From Bacteroidota bacterium (GTDB taxonomy: Bacteria > Bacteroidota > Bacteroidia > Bacteroidales > JAHJDW01), in assembly GCA_037139195.1 (NCBI GenBank), contig JBAXGW010000018.1, positions 19 through 64,018 of the forward strand: a DNA stretch of 64,000 nt. The letters run 5' to 3'. Shown one piece after another: positions 18,803-28,981 of the stretch (positions within the stretch are counted from its first letter, which is position 1; each line of letters begins with the position of its first letter). The position numbers were made by a program, and so were the translations under genes. The notes below the pieces were generated by a model. It saw nothing but the letters and a program-made list of their open reading frames with translations, was not told where the DNA came from and searched no databases.

Positions 18803-19582
18803 TTATTCCATAGATTTAGCTTCATTCCAGAATACATCCATTTCAGCCAATGTCATATCCGAAAGTTTCTTCCCTGCCTTCTTCGCCCCTTCTTCCAAAT
18901 ATTGGAATCGTCGAATGAACTTTTTATTTGTTCTTTCTAATGCTGCATCAGGTTCTACATCAATAAAACGAGCATAATTTATCAATGCAAAAAACACATC
19001 GCCAAATTCATCTCTTATTTTTTCTTGCGACGTATTTTTTTCAACTTGTTCGTGCAATTCATCAAGCTCTTCTCTAACTTTATCCCACACCTGATTTGGC
19101 TCTTCCCAATCAAACCCAACTCCTTTGGCTTTATCCTGAATTCTATATGCTTTAACCATTGCAGGCAAAGATTTGGGAACTCCTTGTAATACCGATTTTT
19201 TCCCAGAATCTAACTTAATTTTCTCCCAATTCTGAAGAACGGTAAGTGCATCATTGGCAACCACATCGCCAAATATATGCGGATGACGCTGAATAAGTTT
19301 ATCGCAAATACCATCTAGCACATTTGTAATATCAAAAGCACCTTGCTCCGACGCAATTTTTGAATAAAAAACAATATGAAGCATCAAATCTCCAAGCTCA
19401 CCTTTTATTTCATCGCTATTTTTTTCTATTATAGCATCGGCTAATTCGTAGGTTTCTTCAATTGTCAAATGCCTAAGTGTATCAAACGTTTGCTTTTTAT
19501 CCCAAGGACATTTTGCTCTTAATTCATCCATAATATCCAACAAACGTTGAAATGCATCTAATCGTTTATCATTTTTATTCAT
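18803..19582 (-). CDS. mazG: nucleoside triphosphate pyrophosphohydrolase
   Basis: 259 aa. Tandem MazG domains (CPWDKKQTFDTLRHLTIEETYELADAI, EELGDLMLHIVFY and a second EEFGDVFFALINYARF). Confidence 0.85.
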   Translation of the reverse strand: MNKNDKRLDAFQRLLDIMDELRAKCPWDKKQTFDTLRHLTIEETYELADAIIEKNSDEIKGELGDLMLHIVFYSKIASEQGAFDITNVLDGICDKLIQRHPHIFGDVVANDALTVLQNWEKIKLDSGKKSVLQGVPKSLPAMVKAYRIQDKAKGVGFDWEEPNQVWDKVREELDELHEQVEKNTSQEKIRDEFGDVFFALINYARFIDVEPDAALERTNKKFIRRFQYLEEGAKKAGKKLSDMTLAEMDVFWNEAKSME

Positions 19583-20930
19583 CTTCGCCTCTCATTCTTT
19601 TATCGTAATTGGGTTCATCTAAGTAATTCTTAATATCTTTTGGCTTTTTAACTTTTAAAAATACTTTCCAATATGCTTCTTTAGTCATTGCGTCCCAATG
19701 AATTATAGTATAGCGATATTGTAGTGTTTGAATTATACTTGTTACAAAAATAAAAAACATTATTAACCATAAAACTACTCGGTGCCAAGTAACGCTATCA
19801 CATATTTTATCGAAAAACGCAGCTAATGGTATTGACAGAAATGCAAAACTCTCAATCATTGCTCGCTGACCATAGCAACCGCCATACCACCAACACCACC
19901 AACATGAAACAATGTAAACATGAACAATTAAATAAAAAATAATCGACCAACGAAATTCAGATTGCTTTTTGCTTAAAAGGAATAAACCAATTAGAGCAAA
20001 TATGGCAAGCGGTGTATATACAAACCAACCCTTTCTATAGCTGAATAAAACATTAGTTATTTGTGGATTGTTAAAGAAAAATCCTTCCTTGTCGTAGGAA
20101 TAATGTATATAATGACCTGTTACCTCTTTCCAGTAGAGCAATTGCGGAACCCAAACGATTAAACATAACAAAATTGACGGCACCCAATGTTTCCAATATT
20201 TAAAAAACAAAGAAATATTATTTTTAAAGTCATTAAAATTCATGCATTTATATAAGACTAAAAAAACAACAATTACCGAATTCGTTGGTCTAATTAAAGA
20301 AATTAAACCCACTAAAAAACCTAATAATAGTGCATATTGTATTTTTTTTTGCTCAAACCAATTTACTAAACTCCATAAAAAAATAGAAAACAAAGAAAAG
20401 CTATAATCATGCGGCATTCCAGATTCATTTGTTGAATAGAATAATAAATTAGTGCCAAATACAATAAATATAAGTGTTAACCAAACAGCTAATTTGCTGA
20501 AATAACGATGTAGAACTTTTGACAAAAAGAGCAGTCCAAAAAACAAATATAGCATCACATTGAGAGCTAAAGCCTTTTGATAAGGAACACAATACCCATC
20601 ACTATTTCTATTAGAATAATGTTGCCAAGCATTAACTATAAAGAACGACGGCAAATACAACATTGACATCCCCATGCTCATCTTAAACACTCGGTCGCCG
20701 CTTTCGGTGGTTTTGTACCACCCATACTTTTTAATACTTGGGATGGTATCGAAATACTTTAAATGTAAATCATGATAAATAAATGTAGCAGGCAAATAGC
20801 CATAATATTCCTTAACATCCCAATCAATAATTAAACTTTTATTCCAACGCTTAACATTAAATTGAACTGCTATTAATACAAATAAAACAACTATAATAAT
20901 CGTATTTGAATTAAAAATATATTTTCGCAT
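19575..20930 (-). CDS. polytopic membrane protein, possibly a GT-C (ArnT/PMT-like) glycosyltransferase
   Basis: 451 aa with at least 10 TM segments. An early periplasmic-loop acidic/aromatic motif (DWDVKEYYGYLP) resembles GT-C enzymes. Overlaps mazG by 8 nt. Confidence 0.35.
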   Translation of the reverse strand: MRKYIFNSNTIIIVVLFVLIAVQFNVKRWNKSLIIDWDVKEYYGYLPATFIYHDLHLKYFDTIPSIKKYGWYKTTESGDRVFKMSMGMSMLYLPSFFIVNAWQHYSNRNSDGYCVPYQKALALNVMLYLFFGLLFLSKVLHRYFSKLAVWLTLIFIVFGTNLLFYSTNESGMPHDYSFSLFSIFLWSLVNWFEQKKIQYALLLGFLVGLISLIRPTNSVIVVFLVLYKCMNFNDFKNNISLFFKYWKHWVPSILLCLIVWVPQLLYWKEVTGHYIHYSYDKEGFFFNNPQITNVLFSYRKGWFVYTPLAIFALIGLFLLSKKQSEFRWSIIFYLIVHVYIVSCWWCWWYGGCYGQRAMIESFAFLSIPLAAFFDKICDSVTWHRVVLWLIMFFIFVTSIIQTLQYRYTIIHWDAMTKEAYWKVFLKVKKPKDIKNYLDEPNYDKRMRGEDE

Positions 20931-21001
20931 TTAGAAAAAAGTATAATTTATCATACAAAATTATCATATTTTAATAGTAATTTTGTTTTGAAATATTTTC
21001 T

Positions 21002-22156
21002 ATGCACAAAACTAATCATATTCTGTCAATCCGGATTAATAAAAATCTATCAATTATAAATAATATTGATGTTTTTTACTTAAAGTCTGCAATTGTATTT
21101 TCTTTCCTGCTCTTATTTTTTAATAAAACAGTTAATTCTCAAAGTTCTTTATCTGAAATAAATTTTGGAATCAAATCTCATTACGGAGTTATTTGGGCAC
21201 ATTCTCCAAAAAACAAAATTTTAGTTCAAGGCCATTTTCCTGTTTTCGAAGCATCTATATTTGGGAAAACAAGCGGGGTTAAACTTTGGCATCAATTGTA
21301 TAATAAACCACAAATTGGTTTTAGCGTTATTTATACCGATTTGGCTCTTAAAAATATGATGGGATTTTGTACTGGTATATACCCTTGGGTAAACTTCAAC
21401 CTAAAAGACAACTCGAAAAAATATAAATTGTTTTTTAAAGTTGGTGCAGGAATTGGGTATATTAACAAGGTTTTTGATCTCGAAAATAACTTCAAAAACA
21501 CATCTATCAGTGCTAAAATAAATGCCTTAATAAATTTTCAAATCGAAAATCAAATTCAAATCACTCCGAAAATTTCGGGCAATTTATCTTTATCACTGTT
21601 TCACTACTCAAATGGATCAAGCAGAAAGCCTAATTTAGGTGTAAATATTCCAACAATAAATATTGGTTTAGGCTATCGAATAGCAAAAAGAGAAATTTCA
21701 AATATACCAGCACTTCCCGAATTTAATAAAAACAAACATATTGTAACTACATTGTCTGGCGGATGGAAGCAGCCTTTTTTCCCACGTTCAGCAACCTATC
21801 CTGTTATTAACAGTAGCACCACCTTCGAAAAACAATTCAGAAGAAAAAATGCTTATTCAATAGGCTTCGATATGATTTACGACAAAAGTTATGTTGAAGA
21901 CCAACAGAATACTCCAACGGGTCATCATCGATTATTCAATACGGGCATAACTATTGGACACATTTTAGTTGTTGAAAAATTAAATATTCTTACACAATGG
22001 GGCGTTTACACTTCTTCAAAAGCGCTGGCAAAAAAATCGTATCATCGAATTGGCTTGAGATATTATTTAAATAAAAACGTATTAATTTGTTTTGCTCTTA
22101 ATACTCATTTTGGAAGTGCCGACCACATGGAATGGGGCATTGGATATAAATTTTAA
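21002..22156 (+). CDS. outer-membrane beta-barrel, acyloxyacyl hydrolase / PagL-like lipid A deacylase family
   Basis: 384 aa. Contains HYSNGSSRKPNLGVN (the His-x-Ser-Asn-Gly block typical of the family) and a C-terminal beta-signal ending in F (WGIGYKF). Confidence 0.5.
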   Translation: MHKTNHILSIRINKNLSIINNIDVFYLKSAIVFSFLLLFFNKTVNSQSSLSEINFGIKSHYGVIWAHSPKNKILVQGHFPVFEASIFGKTSGVKLWHQLYNKPQIGFSVIYTDLALKNMMGFCTGIYPWVNFNLKDNSKKYKLFFKVGAGIGYINKVFDLENNFKNTSISAKINALINFQIENQIQITPKISGNLSLSLFHYSNGSSRKPNLGVNIPTINIGLGYRIAKREISNIPALPEFNKNKHIVTTLSGGWKQPFFPRSATYPVINSSTTFEKQFRRKNAYSIGFDMIYDKSYVEDQQNTPTGHHRLFNTGITIGHILVVEKLNILTQWGVYTSSKALAKKSYHRIGLRYYLNKNVLICFALNTHFGSADHMEWGIGYKF

Positions 22157-22158
22157 AT

Positions 22159-22893
22159 ATGATAAAATACAGTATTATATTATTTTCAATTATTAATATT
22201 TTTTGCTCTTGTAATAAAGAAGATGCTCCGGATTTTCTACAGTCAACAGGCACAATAACTCAAGAAACAAGAATTTTAGATAATTTCAACTATGTAAGCC
22301 TAACTGACAATATTATTCTTGATATTGTTCAAGATACTTGCAATTGGGCAGTAATAAATGCAGGCAAAAATTTAATGCCCGATATTATTACAAAAGTAAG
22401 CAACGGGAAATTATACATTTCTAATGAGAATCGATTTAATTGGGTAAGAAGCTACAAATATAAAATACATATTACACTGGGCGTGAAAAATTTAAATTAC
22501 CTGAATTATCAAGGCTATGGGAATATTAATTTCACAAATACTTTAGTTGCTGATAGTTTTTATTTTGAAACCGAACGAGGTGCGGGACATATTGATTTTA
22601 ATGTTGATTGCAAATATTCTGCTTTTGTAATTCATGCAGGTACTGCCGATTTATCTATTAAAGGAAAATCAGATTGTGCATATATTTATTCTTTTGGTTA
22701 CGGTCCAATTGAAGCCCAATATTTTTTAACAAATTCCTGTGCCGTTCACATGAAAAACTTGGCTTCAGCAAAAGTTAATGTTCAAAATGATCTAACGGCA
22801 ACTATCGAAAACAAAGGCAACATCTATTACAAAGGAAATCCATCTTCTGTAAAAAGCAATATTACGGGCAAAGGGCAATTGATTAAATTGTAA
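22159..22893 (+). CDS. lipoprotein with a DUF2807 / head-GIN-like beta-helix domain
   Basis: Lipobox IFCSC and repeated G.G.I.(F/L) strands (YQGYGNINF, RGAGHIDF, KGNIYYKG). Confidence 0.4.
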   Translation: MIKYSIILFSIINIFCSCNKEDAPDFLQSTGTITQETRILDNFNYVSLTDNIILDIVQDTCNWAVINAGKNLMPDIITKVSNGKLYISNENRFNWVRSYKYKIHITLGVKNLNYLNYQGYGNINFTNTLVADSFYFETERGAGHIDFNVDCKYSAFVIHAGTADLSIKGKSDCAYIYSFGYGPIEAQYFLTNSCAVHMKNLASAKVNVQNDLTATIENKGNIYYKGNPSSVKSNITGKGQLIKL

Positions 22894-22897
22894 CAAG

Positions 22898-23452
22898 ATG
22901 ATTTTAACTAATTTCAAAGACAAAGAAGCTGTAGTCAAACTGTTATCAAGCTCTTTTCTTAAAAATAAAAGTGTTTTGTCGGTATGTAAAAACAGCAAAT
23001 CTATTTCTGTTTTAATGGAATACTCTTTCATTCATAGTCATTACGATAATCTTGCTTTTACTAATGAATCTAGAACGGCAGTAGCTTTATGTAAAATATC
23101 AGGAAAAGAAAAAATTCATGTTCGCAAGTTTTTCATAAGCATCAAACTCGCTTTTGCATTAGGATTAAAAAAAGCTTACTTTGCAATGAAACACGAAAAA
23201 TTAATAAGCCAACATCGAAAGGAAAAACAATATCTTCATATTCAATTTATTGGTGTAGAACCTGAAAAACAAGGCACAAAACTTGGAAGCAAATTAATTG
23301 AAGATATAAAGCAATATGCCAAGGTAAATAATCTACCCATTTATTTAGAAACCTCTACACCAAAGAACATACCTTTCTATCAAAACCACGGCTTTGAAAG
23401 TTTTTACACATTGAAAGGGGAATTCGATTTGTATTTTTTTAAATATAGCTAA
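22898..23452 (+). CDS. GNAT-family N-acetyltransferase
   Basis: Acetyl-CoA motif A IGVEPEKQGTKLGSKLI and the C-terminal FYQNHGFE. Confidence 0.6.
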   Translation: MILTNFKDKEAVVKLLSSSFLKNKSVLSVCKNSKSISVLMEYSFIHSHYDNLAFTNESRTAVALCKISGKEKIHVRKFFISIKLAFALGLKKAYFAMKHEKLISQHRKEKQYLHIQFIGVEPEKQGTKLGSKLIEDIKQYAKVNNLPIYLETSTPKNIPFYQNHGFESFYTLKGEFDLYFFKYS

Positions 23453-23471
23453 TTCATATTTAACTTCAAGT

Positions 23472-24650
23472 TTACCAGCTACTACCAGCTCCGCCACCAC
23501 CAAAATCACCACCGCCTAGAGTTGTGTCTGAATTGGGATTGTTCCCCGCATTTCCGCCTAGTGTTTGCGAAGTGATAAATGCACTTAAATCTTGCGAACT
23601 CCACTTGTCTGTTAATAATCTTTCTCTGGTATAGCCACTTCTAGTTTGTTTCAAATAATTCAAAAGAAGCAAAGCCGCTGTTATTAAAATAGCTCCAGAA
23701 GCAGTAATTGTTACAACTGGATAGCCTAAACTGAAATAATATTTAAAAGTAACAACGCTAAGAGCTAATGTTAACATGCTAACCCGTATAAAAATAATTG
23801 ATCTTTTCATTATTCCCCAGTATAAATAGGCAATTGGAACTAATGCCGTAAGAGCATAAAATATAAATGCAAAAGGGATATCTTCATTTCCTGTCAACTT
23901 TAAATCCATCAAATTAACACTTAACTCTCTAACCACAAAATAATTTCCTGCTATATAAAATACAAGTAAGCAAATAGTTTTTGCTACAATAAATAAATCT
24001 TTAAAAATAAAATTTGAAAATCTTTTTTCCATTTTGATAGTTTGCCAAAATATAATTCCAAATACAATCATAAAGACAAATGGTATTAAAGCTTCTGCAT
24101 ATCCTCCAATACCTGAAAATAGTTGAAAAACAATCCATCCAAAGAAAACAAAAGCTAAAGCTAAAGCTATAAAATTTAAGTATCGTATTGCGGCAAAAGT
24201 CGCTAAAATAAGACAAATTGCAGGAGCAACAAATTTATAATCAGAGTCAAAGCCTAAAATTCCAGTAGCAATAAACGATAAACCAACATAAACGCCTGCT
24301 TCTGTTATTCCTGATTTATAGTGAAACTTATCTTTTATAAAAACAAATTCGGTTAATCCGATAAAAATAATACCTAAAACAAAAGAAATTACTCGATATC
24401 CACCCATTCCTAAATCGCCAAATATCATCCCAACAGGCAATAATAGGGTCGACATGCCAAACAGTGATGCGAGAAACAAAAGGATTCGCATAAAAACACT
24501 TGGAGCAAAAAAATTTGAATGGTATTCTGTTTGAATGCTATCAAACTGCTCTTTGCTAAGTATTTTACTTTTAAATAAACTTTTAGCTTCAGAAACTATT
24601 TTATATTTTTCTAACTCAGCTATATCGTAGGCAATAATAGAATTAATCAT
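23472..24650 (-). CDS. polytopic membrane protein with a Gly-rich C-terminal tail
   Basis: 392 aa. A short soluble N-terminus (ILSKEQFDSIQTEY), about 10 TM segments, and the tail GGGDFGGGGAGSSW, which resembles TPM/YgcG-type tails. Confidence 0.5.
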   Translation of the reverse strand: MINSIIAYDIAELEKYKIVSEAKSLFKSKILSKEQFDSIQTEYHSNFFAPSVFMRILLFLASLFGMSTLLLPVGMIFGDLGMGGYRVISFVLGIIFIGLTEFVFIKDKFHYKSGITEAGVYVGLSFIATGILGFDSDYKFVAPAICLILATFAAIRYLNFIALALAFVFFGWIVFQLFSGIGGYAEALIPFVFMIVFGIIFWQTIKMEKRFSNFIFKDLFIVAKTICLLVFYIAGNYFVVRELSVNLMDLKLTGNEDIPFAFIFYALTALVPIAYLYWGIMKRSIIFIRVSMLTLALSVVTFKYYFSLGYPVVTITASGAILITAALLLLNYLKQTRSGYTRERLLTDKWSSQDLSAFITSQTLGGNAGNNPNSDTTLGGGDFGGGGAGSSW

Positions 24651-25605
24651 TTTTGAAATGCGATTTTTTGTTAATTAATAAAACAACATAAGCAATGCAA
24701 CTAAAAGGGAAATAATAAACCAATAGAACAGTTCCTCCATCAAAGCCATTAAGCATTTGAAAAAGCAAATAAGTAAAAGAAATATACGCCGCAATACTTG
24801 AATAAAGGAAGAAAAGAAATTGCTTTAAGTTCCATGACTGATATAATACATAAGCAGCTGAAAGCAAAGTAAAGAAAGCAAACCAAACATGATATTGATT
24901 CTCAAACATTGCAGAAATGCCTCCAGTAAAAAAGAGAAGTAATCCGAAATTTTGATATGTAAACTTAAAATGACTTTTTATGTCTTTACGTTCGGATAAT
25001 TCGCCAGCAACAACTAGTCCTGCCCCAAGCAAAATGCTGATTAGATAAAGTAGACCCGATGCAAACCATGTTCCTTTAACCCAATCTACAGGCGTAACAC
25101 TAACGCCAAAAGCAGCAGCTAGAGCTGTAATTCCCATGGATAATAATGCTCTATTATCAAATCGGTAAGCCATTAGCAATAAAATACCTGCTGAAATAAA
25201 TGAAGATGAATAAATAAAATACTGAACAATATCAAAATACACCTGAATGTAGGTAAACAGCGAAATTATTAATAGTGATGTTAAAATGAGTATATAATCA
25301 AAATATGGATGAACAACTTCCACCATAGCGTTGGAGTATGGTTTTTGGAATTTATTAATAAAATAAAATCCAGCAAAAACAGCACATGCAATAAGCAACA
25401 TGCTAATAATATGACCAATTTCAGTCATGTTTTGATATGCAAAATAACCTAAGCCACCCGTAAAGAGCATTATACCGAGATAAAGCAAGAGTCGGAGTTC
25501 GTAATATAATGAAATTATTTTTTTAGATTGAACGACATCAAGAAAACTGTATTGCTTATCATCAATAAGATTTCGATCAAACAATTGTTTATAAATTGTA
25601 TTCAT
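24643..25605 (-). CDS. polytopic membrane protein (DUF2157-like)
   Basis: 320 aa. N-terminal LIDDKQYSFL helix, then about 9 TM segments. 8-nt overlap with the downstream gene. Confidence 0.5.
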   Translation of the reverse strand: MNTIYKQLFDRNLIDDKQYSFLDVVQSKKIISLYYELRLLLYLGIMLFTGGLGYFAYQNMTEIGHIISMLLIACAVFAGFYFINKFQKPYSNAMVEVVHPYFDYILILTSLLIISLFTYIQVYFDIVQYFIYSSSFISAGILLLMAYRFDNRALLSMGITALAAAFGVSVTPVDWVKGTWFASGLLYLISILLGAGLVVAGELSERKDIKSHFKFTYQNFGLLLFFTGGISAMFENQYHVWFAFFTLLSAAYVLYQSWNLKQFLFFLYSSIAAYISFTYLLFQMLNGFDGGTVLLVYYFPFSCIAYVVLLINKKSHFKND

Positions 25606-25748
25606 AGAACATTTTTTTTGTAAAGATACAATTTTTTTAAAAGCGATTTCCCTGCCTTTGCCTTACTAAAACATACCGTTAAATGATTACTATTTGCTTT
25701 TTAAATTTTTCGCTTTACCTTTAACCATAATTCCAAATTTCTAATTTC

Positions 25749-28700
25749 ATGAAAAAGCTCTTATCATCAATTCTATGCTTATTTTTAATAAGCAATACCT
25801 TTGCTCAGCAATGGACAAATTATACTGTCGCTTCAACGTCTACAGAATTATGTAACAATAATATTAACTGCATTTTCGTTGATGCTCAGAACAACAAATG
25901 GTTTGGAACCTATAACGGCATATCTAAGTTTGATGGAACAAACTGGACTACATATTTAACAGCACCTGGATTAGACAGCAGTTATATTAATTGCATAGCT
26001 ATGGATACTCTTGGAAGTATGTGGTTTGGGACTGATAAAGGCGTTTCGAAGTTCGATGGAACAAATTGGACTACATATACTACAACAAATGGTTTAATAA
26101 ATAATAATGTATATAACATCGCCATAGACGCCCAAGGCAATATATGGTTTGAAACTCATAACGGTGGTGTTTCAAAATTCGATGGAACAAACTGGACATC
26201 ATATTCTACAGCTAATGGCTTGACAGGCAGCTATCTATACAGCATGACTATAGATACACTAGGCAATGCATGGTTTGGAACTGATAACGGCGTATCTAAA
26301 TTTGATGGAACAAGCTGGACTACTTATACATCTACAGATGGATTAGCTGATAATAATGTATACAGTATAGCTATTGATGCCCAAGGCAACAAGTGGTTTG
26401 GAACTAGTTTCGGGGTATCTAAATTCGATGGAACAAACTGGACAACATACTTAACCACAGAAACTATAATCTGTATAACTATTGATGCACAAGGCAATAT
26501 GTGGTTTGGAATTGATAACGGCGTAACAAAGTTTGATGGAACAAACTGGACAACGTATACTACAGCAAATGGCTTAGCTGATAACAGAGTAAATAGCATC
26601 GCCATAGACTCCCAAGGCAACAAGTGGTTTGGAACAAATGTTGGTGCATCAATGTTTGATGGATCAAACTGGATAAAATATACAACGAATGGCCTAACAA
26701 ACAATAAAGTTAATTGTAAAGCTGACGATATACAAGGCAATATGTGGTTTGGAACTAGTGCTGGTGTATCTAAATTCGATGGAACGAGCTGGACAACTTA
26801 TACCACTACAAATGGCCTAGCTAATAACAAAGTATACAGCATCGCCATAGATGCTTCAGGCAACAAGTGGTTTGGAACAATGGGTGGAGGCATATCAAAG
26901 TTCGATGGAACAAACTGGACAACATACACTATGGCAAATGGCTTAGCTAATAATATTACATGTAGTATAGCTATAGACGCACAAGGCAACAAGTGGTTTG
27001 GCACTATTAACGGTGTATCTAAATTTAATGGAACAAACTGGACAACGTATAATACAGCTAATGGTTTAGCTAATAACTATGTAAATTCCATAGCTATAGT
27101 CGCACAAGACATCAAATGGTTTGGCACTAATGGCGGTGTATCTAAATTTGATGGAACAAACTGGACTACATATACTACAGCAAATGGCTTAGCTAGTAAT
27201 CATGCAACTTGTATTGCAGCAGATGTCCAAGGCAATATTTGGGTTGGGAGTGATAACGGTGTATCGAAGTTTGATGGAACAAGCTGGACTATATATACTA
27301 CAGCAAATGGCTTGCCTAATAATTTAGTTAATAGCATTGACATAGACGACCAAGGAAATGTGTGGATTGGGGGCAGTACTAGTATATCTAAATTTGATGG
27401 AACTAGCTGGACCTCTTATACTATTGCAAATAGTTTGGCTTACAATTCTATACACAGCATAACAATTGATGCTCAAGGCAATAAGTGGCTTGGAACTAAA
27501 CTTGGTGCAATAAAATTTTCAGATGGTGGTCCAGGTCACTTTCAAAATATATACAACACTTTAGGAATCGTGTTTAACGATTTTAATGGCAATGGCATAA
27601 AAGAGAGTAATGAAGCAAATATTTCGCAACAAATAATTCAAATTGATTCCAATTATACATGTACTCAAGATAATGGATTGTTTTATTGCAATCTGCCAAA
27701 TGGCAACCACACCATTCAATACCATGCCCCCACAAATTGGCAACTTACCACAAACGATAGTATATTATTAAATATTCCCAATAGTGGAGATACAATAGTT
27801 TTTGGAATAAAAACCATTAATAATATACATGATTTGCAAGCAAATATAGCTGGCGGATCTACTCGTGCAAACTTTGATGCAAACTATTGGTTAAATTACA
27901 CAAATAAAGGTACAGTAGTTGAAAATGGAACAGTGGAGATGAAACTAGATGACAGATCAACGTTTGTTAGCGCCACACCAATACCAACAAGCCAAAATGG
28001 TAATACCCTTACTTGGAATTTTAGCAACCTAAATGTAAATGAAACAAAACCAATACATGTTGTAGCTCACATGCCAGATGTTCAATATTTGGGTGATACA
28101 TTAATTAATACAGTTTCTATCTCGCCCTTTATAGCTGATGTTGATACGCTAAACAATATAGATACTCTTGCTCAAGTTCTTACTGGCTCTTACGATCCGA
28201 ATGACAAAATGGTGCAGGAAGGAGTTTTGAACGAAAAATTTGTTTTGTTTAATACTCCTCTTACTTATACTATACGCTTTCAAAATACGGGAACCGATAC
28301 CGCCTTCAACGTAAACATCTACGATACTATCAATAGTAATATGGATATGAGCAGTTTGCAAATTATAGGCAGTAGTCACAATTGTATACCCGAAGTAAGG
28401 GGCACCAACGAAGTACTCTTCCATTTTTACAATATTATGTTGCCCGATAGCAACAAAACCCAATTAGGAAGCAATGGTTATTTACAATACCGTATCAGTC
28501 CAAAAGCAGGTTTGCCCGAAAATACAGTTGTGAAAAACACTGCATATATTTTCTTCGATTATAATCCTGCAATTATAACCAATACTACATTAAACACTTA
28601 TGTAAGCACAATACCAAAGACTTCTTCCATTCAAGAAAACAACTTAATTAATAACGTTTTACCTTATCCAAACCCTGCACAAGACCACATTCAACTAATG

Positions 28701-28892
28701 CTGCCAAGCAGTGATGCATCTTATAATATGGAAATAAAGGATATGCAAGGTCGTGTGGCAAAAAAACTTAGCAACCTCAATGACGAAACTTCAATAATAG
28801 ATGTTTCTGATTTACAAAAAGGAGTTTATATATTCACGCTTAAAAATCTTAAAACAAGCAAGGAATACAAAGGGAAAGTTGTAATAAAGTAA
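25749..28892 (+). CDS. T9SS-secreted surface protein: Reg_prop (two-component-regulator propeller) repeat array + DUF11-like domain + type-A CTD
   Basis: 1047 aa. Signal peptide, then roughly 12-14 copies of G(V/I)SKFDGTNWTTYTTANGLA.N.V.SIAIDAQGNKWFGT. A conserved-repeat region follows (GSYDPNDK...YTIRFQNTGTDTAFNV). C-terminal Por_Secre_tail (PYPNPAQDHIQL...GVYIFTL). Confidence 0.7.
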   Translation: MKKLLSSILCLFLISNTFAQQWTNYTVASTSTELCNNNINCIFVDAQNNKWFGTYNGISKFDGTNWTTYLTAPGLDSSYINCIAMDTLGSMWFGTDKGVSKFDGTNWTTYTTTNGLINNNVYNIAIDAQGNIWFETHNGGVSKFDGTNWTSYSTANGLTGSYLYSMTIDTLGNAWFGTDNGVSKFDGTSWTTYTSTDGLADNNVYSIAIDAQGNKWFGTSFGVSKFDGTNWTTYLTTETIICITIDAQGNMWFGIDNGVTKFDGTNWTTYTTANGLADNRVNSIAIDSQGNKWFGTNVGASMFDGSNWIKYTTNGLTNNKVNCKADDIQGNMWFGTSAGVSKFDGTSWTTYTTTNGLANNKVYSIAIDASGNKWFGTMGGGISKFDGTNWTTYTMANGLANNITCSIAIDAQGNKWFGTINGVSKFNGTNWTTYNTANGLANNYVNSIAIVAQDIKWFGTNGGVSKFDGTNWTTYTTANGLASNHATCIAADVQGNIWVGSDNGVSKFDGTSWTIYTTANGLPNNLVNSIDIDDQGNVWIGGSTSISKFDGTSWTSYTIANSLAYNSIHSITIDAQGNKWLGTKLGAIKFSDGGPGHFQNIYNTLGIVFNDFNGNGIKESNEANISQQIIQIDSNYTCTQDNGLFYCNLPNGNHTIQYHAPTNWQLTTNDSILLNIPNSGDTIVFGIKTINNIHDLQANIAGGSTRANFDANYWLNYTNKGTVVENGTVEMKLDDRSTFVSATPIPTSQNGNTLTWNFSNLNVNETKPIHVVAHMPDVQYLGDTLINTVSISPFIADVDTLNNIDTLAQVLTGSYDPNDKMVQEGVLNEKFVLFNTPLTYTIRFQNTGTDTAFNVNIYDTINSNMDMSSLQIIGSSHNCIPEVRGTNEVLFHFYNIMLPDSNKTQLGSNGYLQYRISPKAGLPENTVVKNTAYIFFDYNPAIITNTTLNTYVSTIPKTSSIQENNLINNVLPYPNPAQDHIQLMLPSSDASYNMEIKDMQGRVAKKLSNLNDETSIIDVSDLQKGVYIFTLKNLKTSKEYKGKVVIK
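25854..27528 (+). repeat. coding tandem repeat array (about 141-147 bp units) of the Reg_prop blades
   Basis: Strings such as ggcaacaagtggtttggaac and gatggaacaaactggac recur at regular intervals. This generates the spurious antisense ORFs 26324-26740 and 26798-27004. Confidence 0.8.
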
Positions 28893-28926
28893 GATTAATT
28901 TTTTAGTGCATTTTTGATTAAAAAAA

Positions 28927-28962
28927 AGAATCCCTTACAAACTGCAAGGGATTCTTTTATTT
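28927..28962. terminator. bidirectional hairpin terminator between convergent genes
   Basis: agaatccctt / aagggattct 10-bp stem, flanked by an A-run and a T-run. Confidence 0.7.
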
Positions 28963-28981
28963 TGATTATATCTGTACTTTA

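Noticed and set aside
26324-27004. Antisense ORFs 26324-26740 and 26798-27004 (138 and 68 aa) with their own internal repeats
   Set aside because: They mirror the tandem Reg_prop coding repeats on the plus strand. The repeated HLLPW/VQFVPSN pattern is just the reverse-frame image of GNKWFG/DGTNWT. They have no independent start or RBS context.
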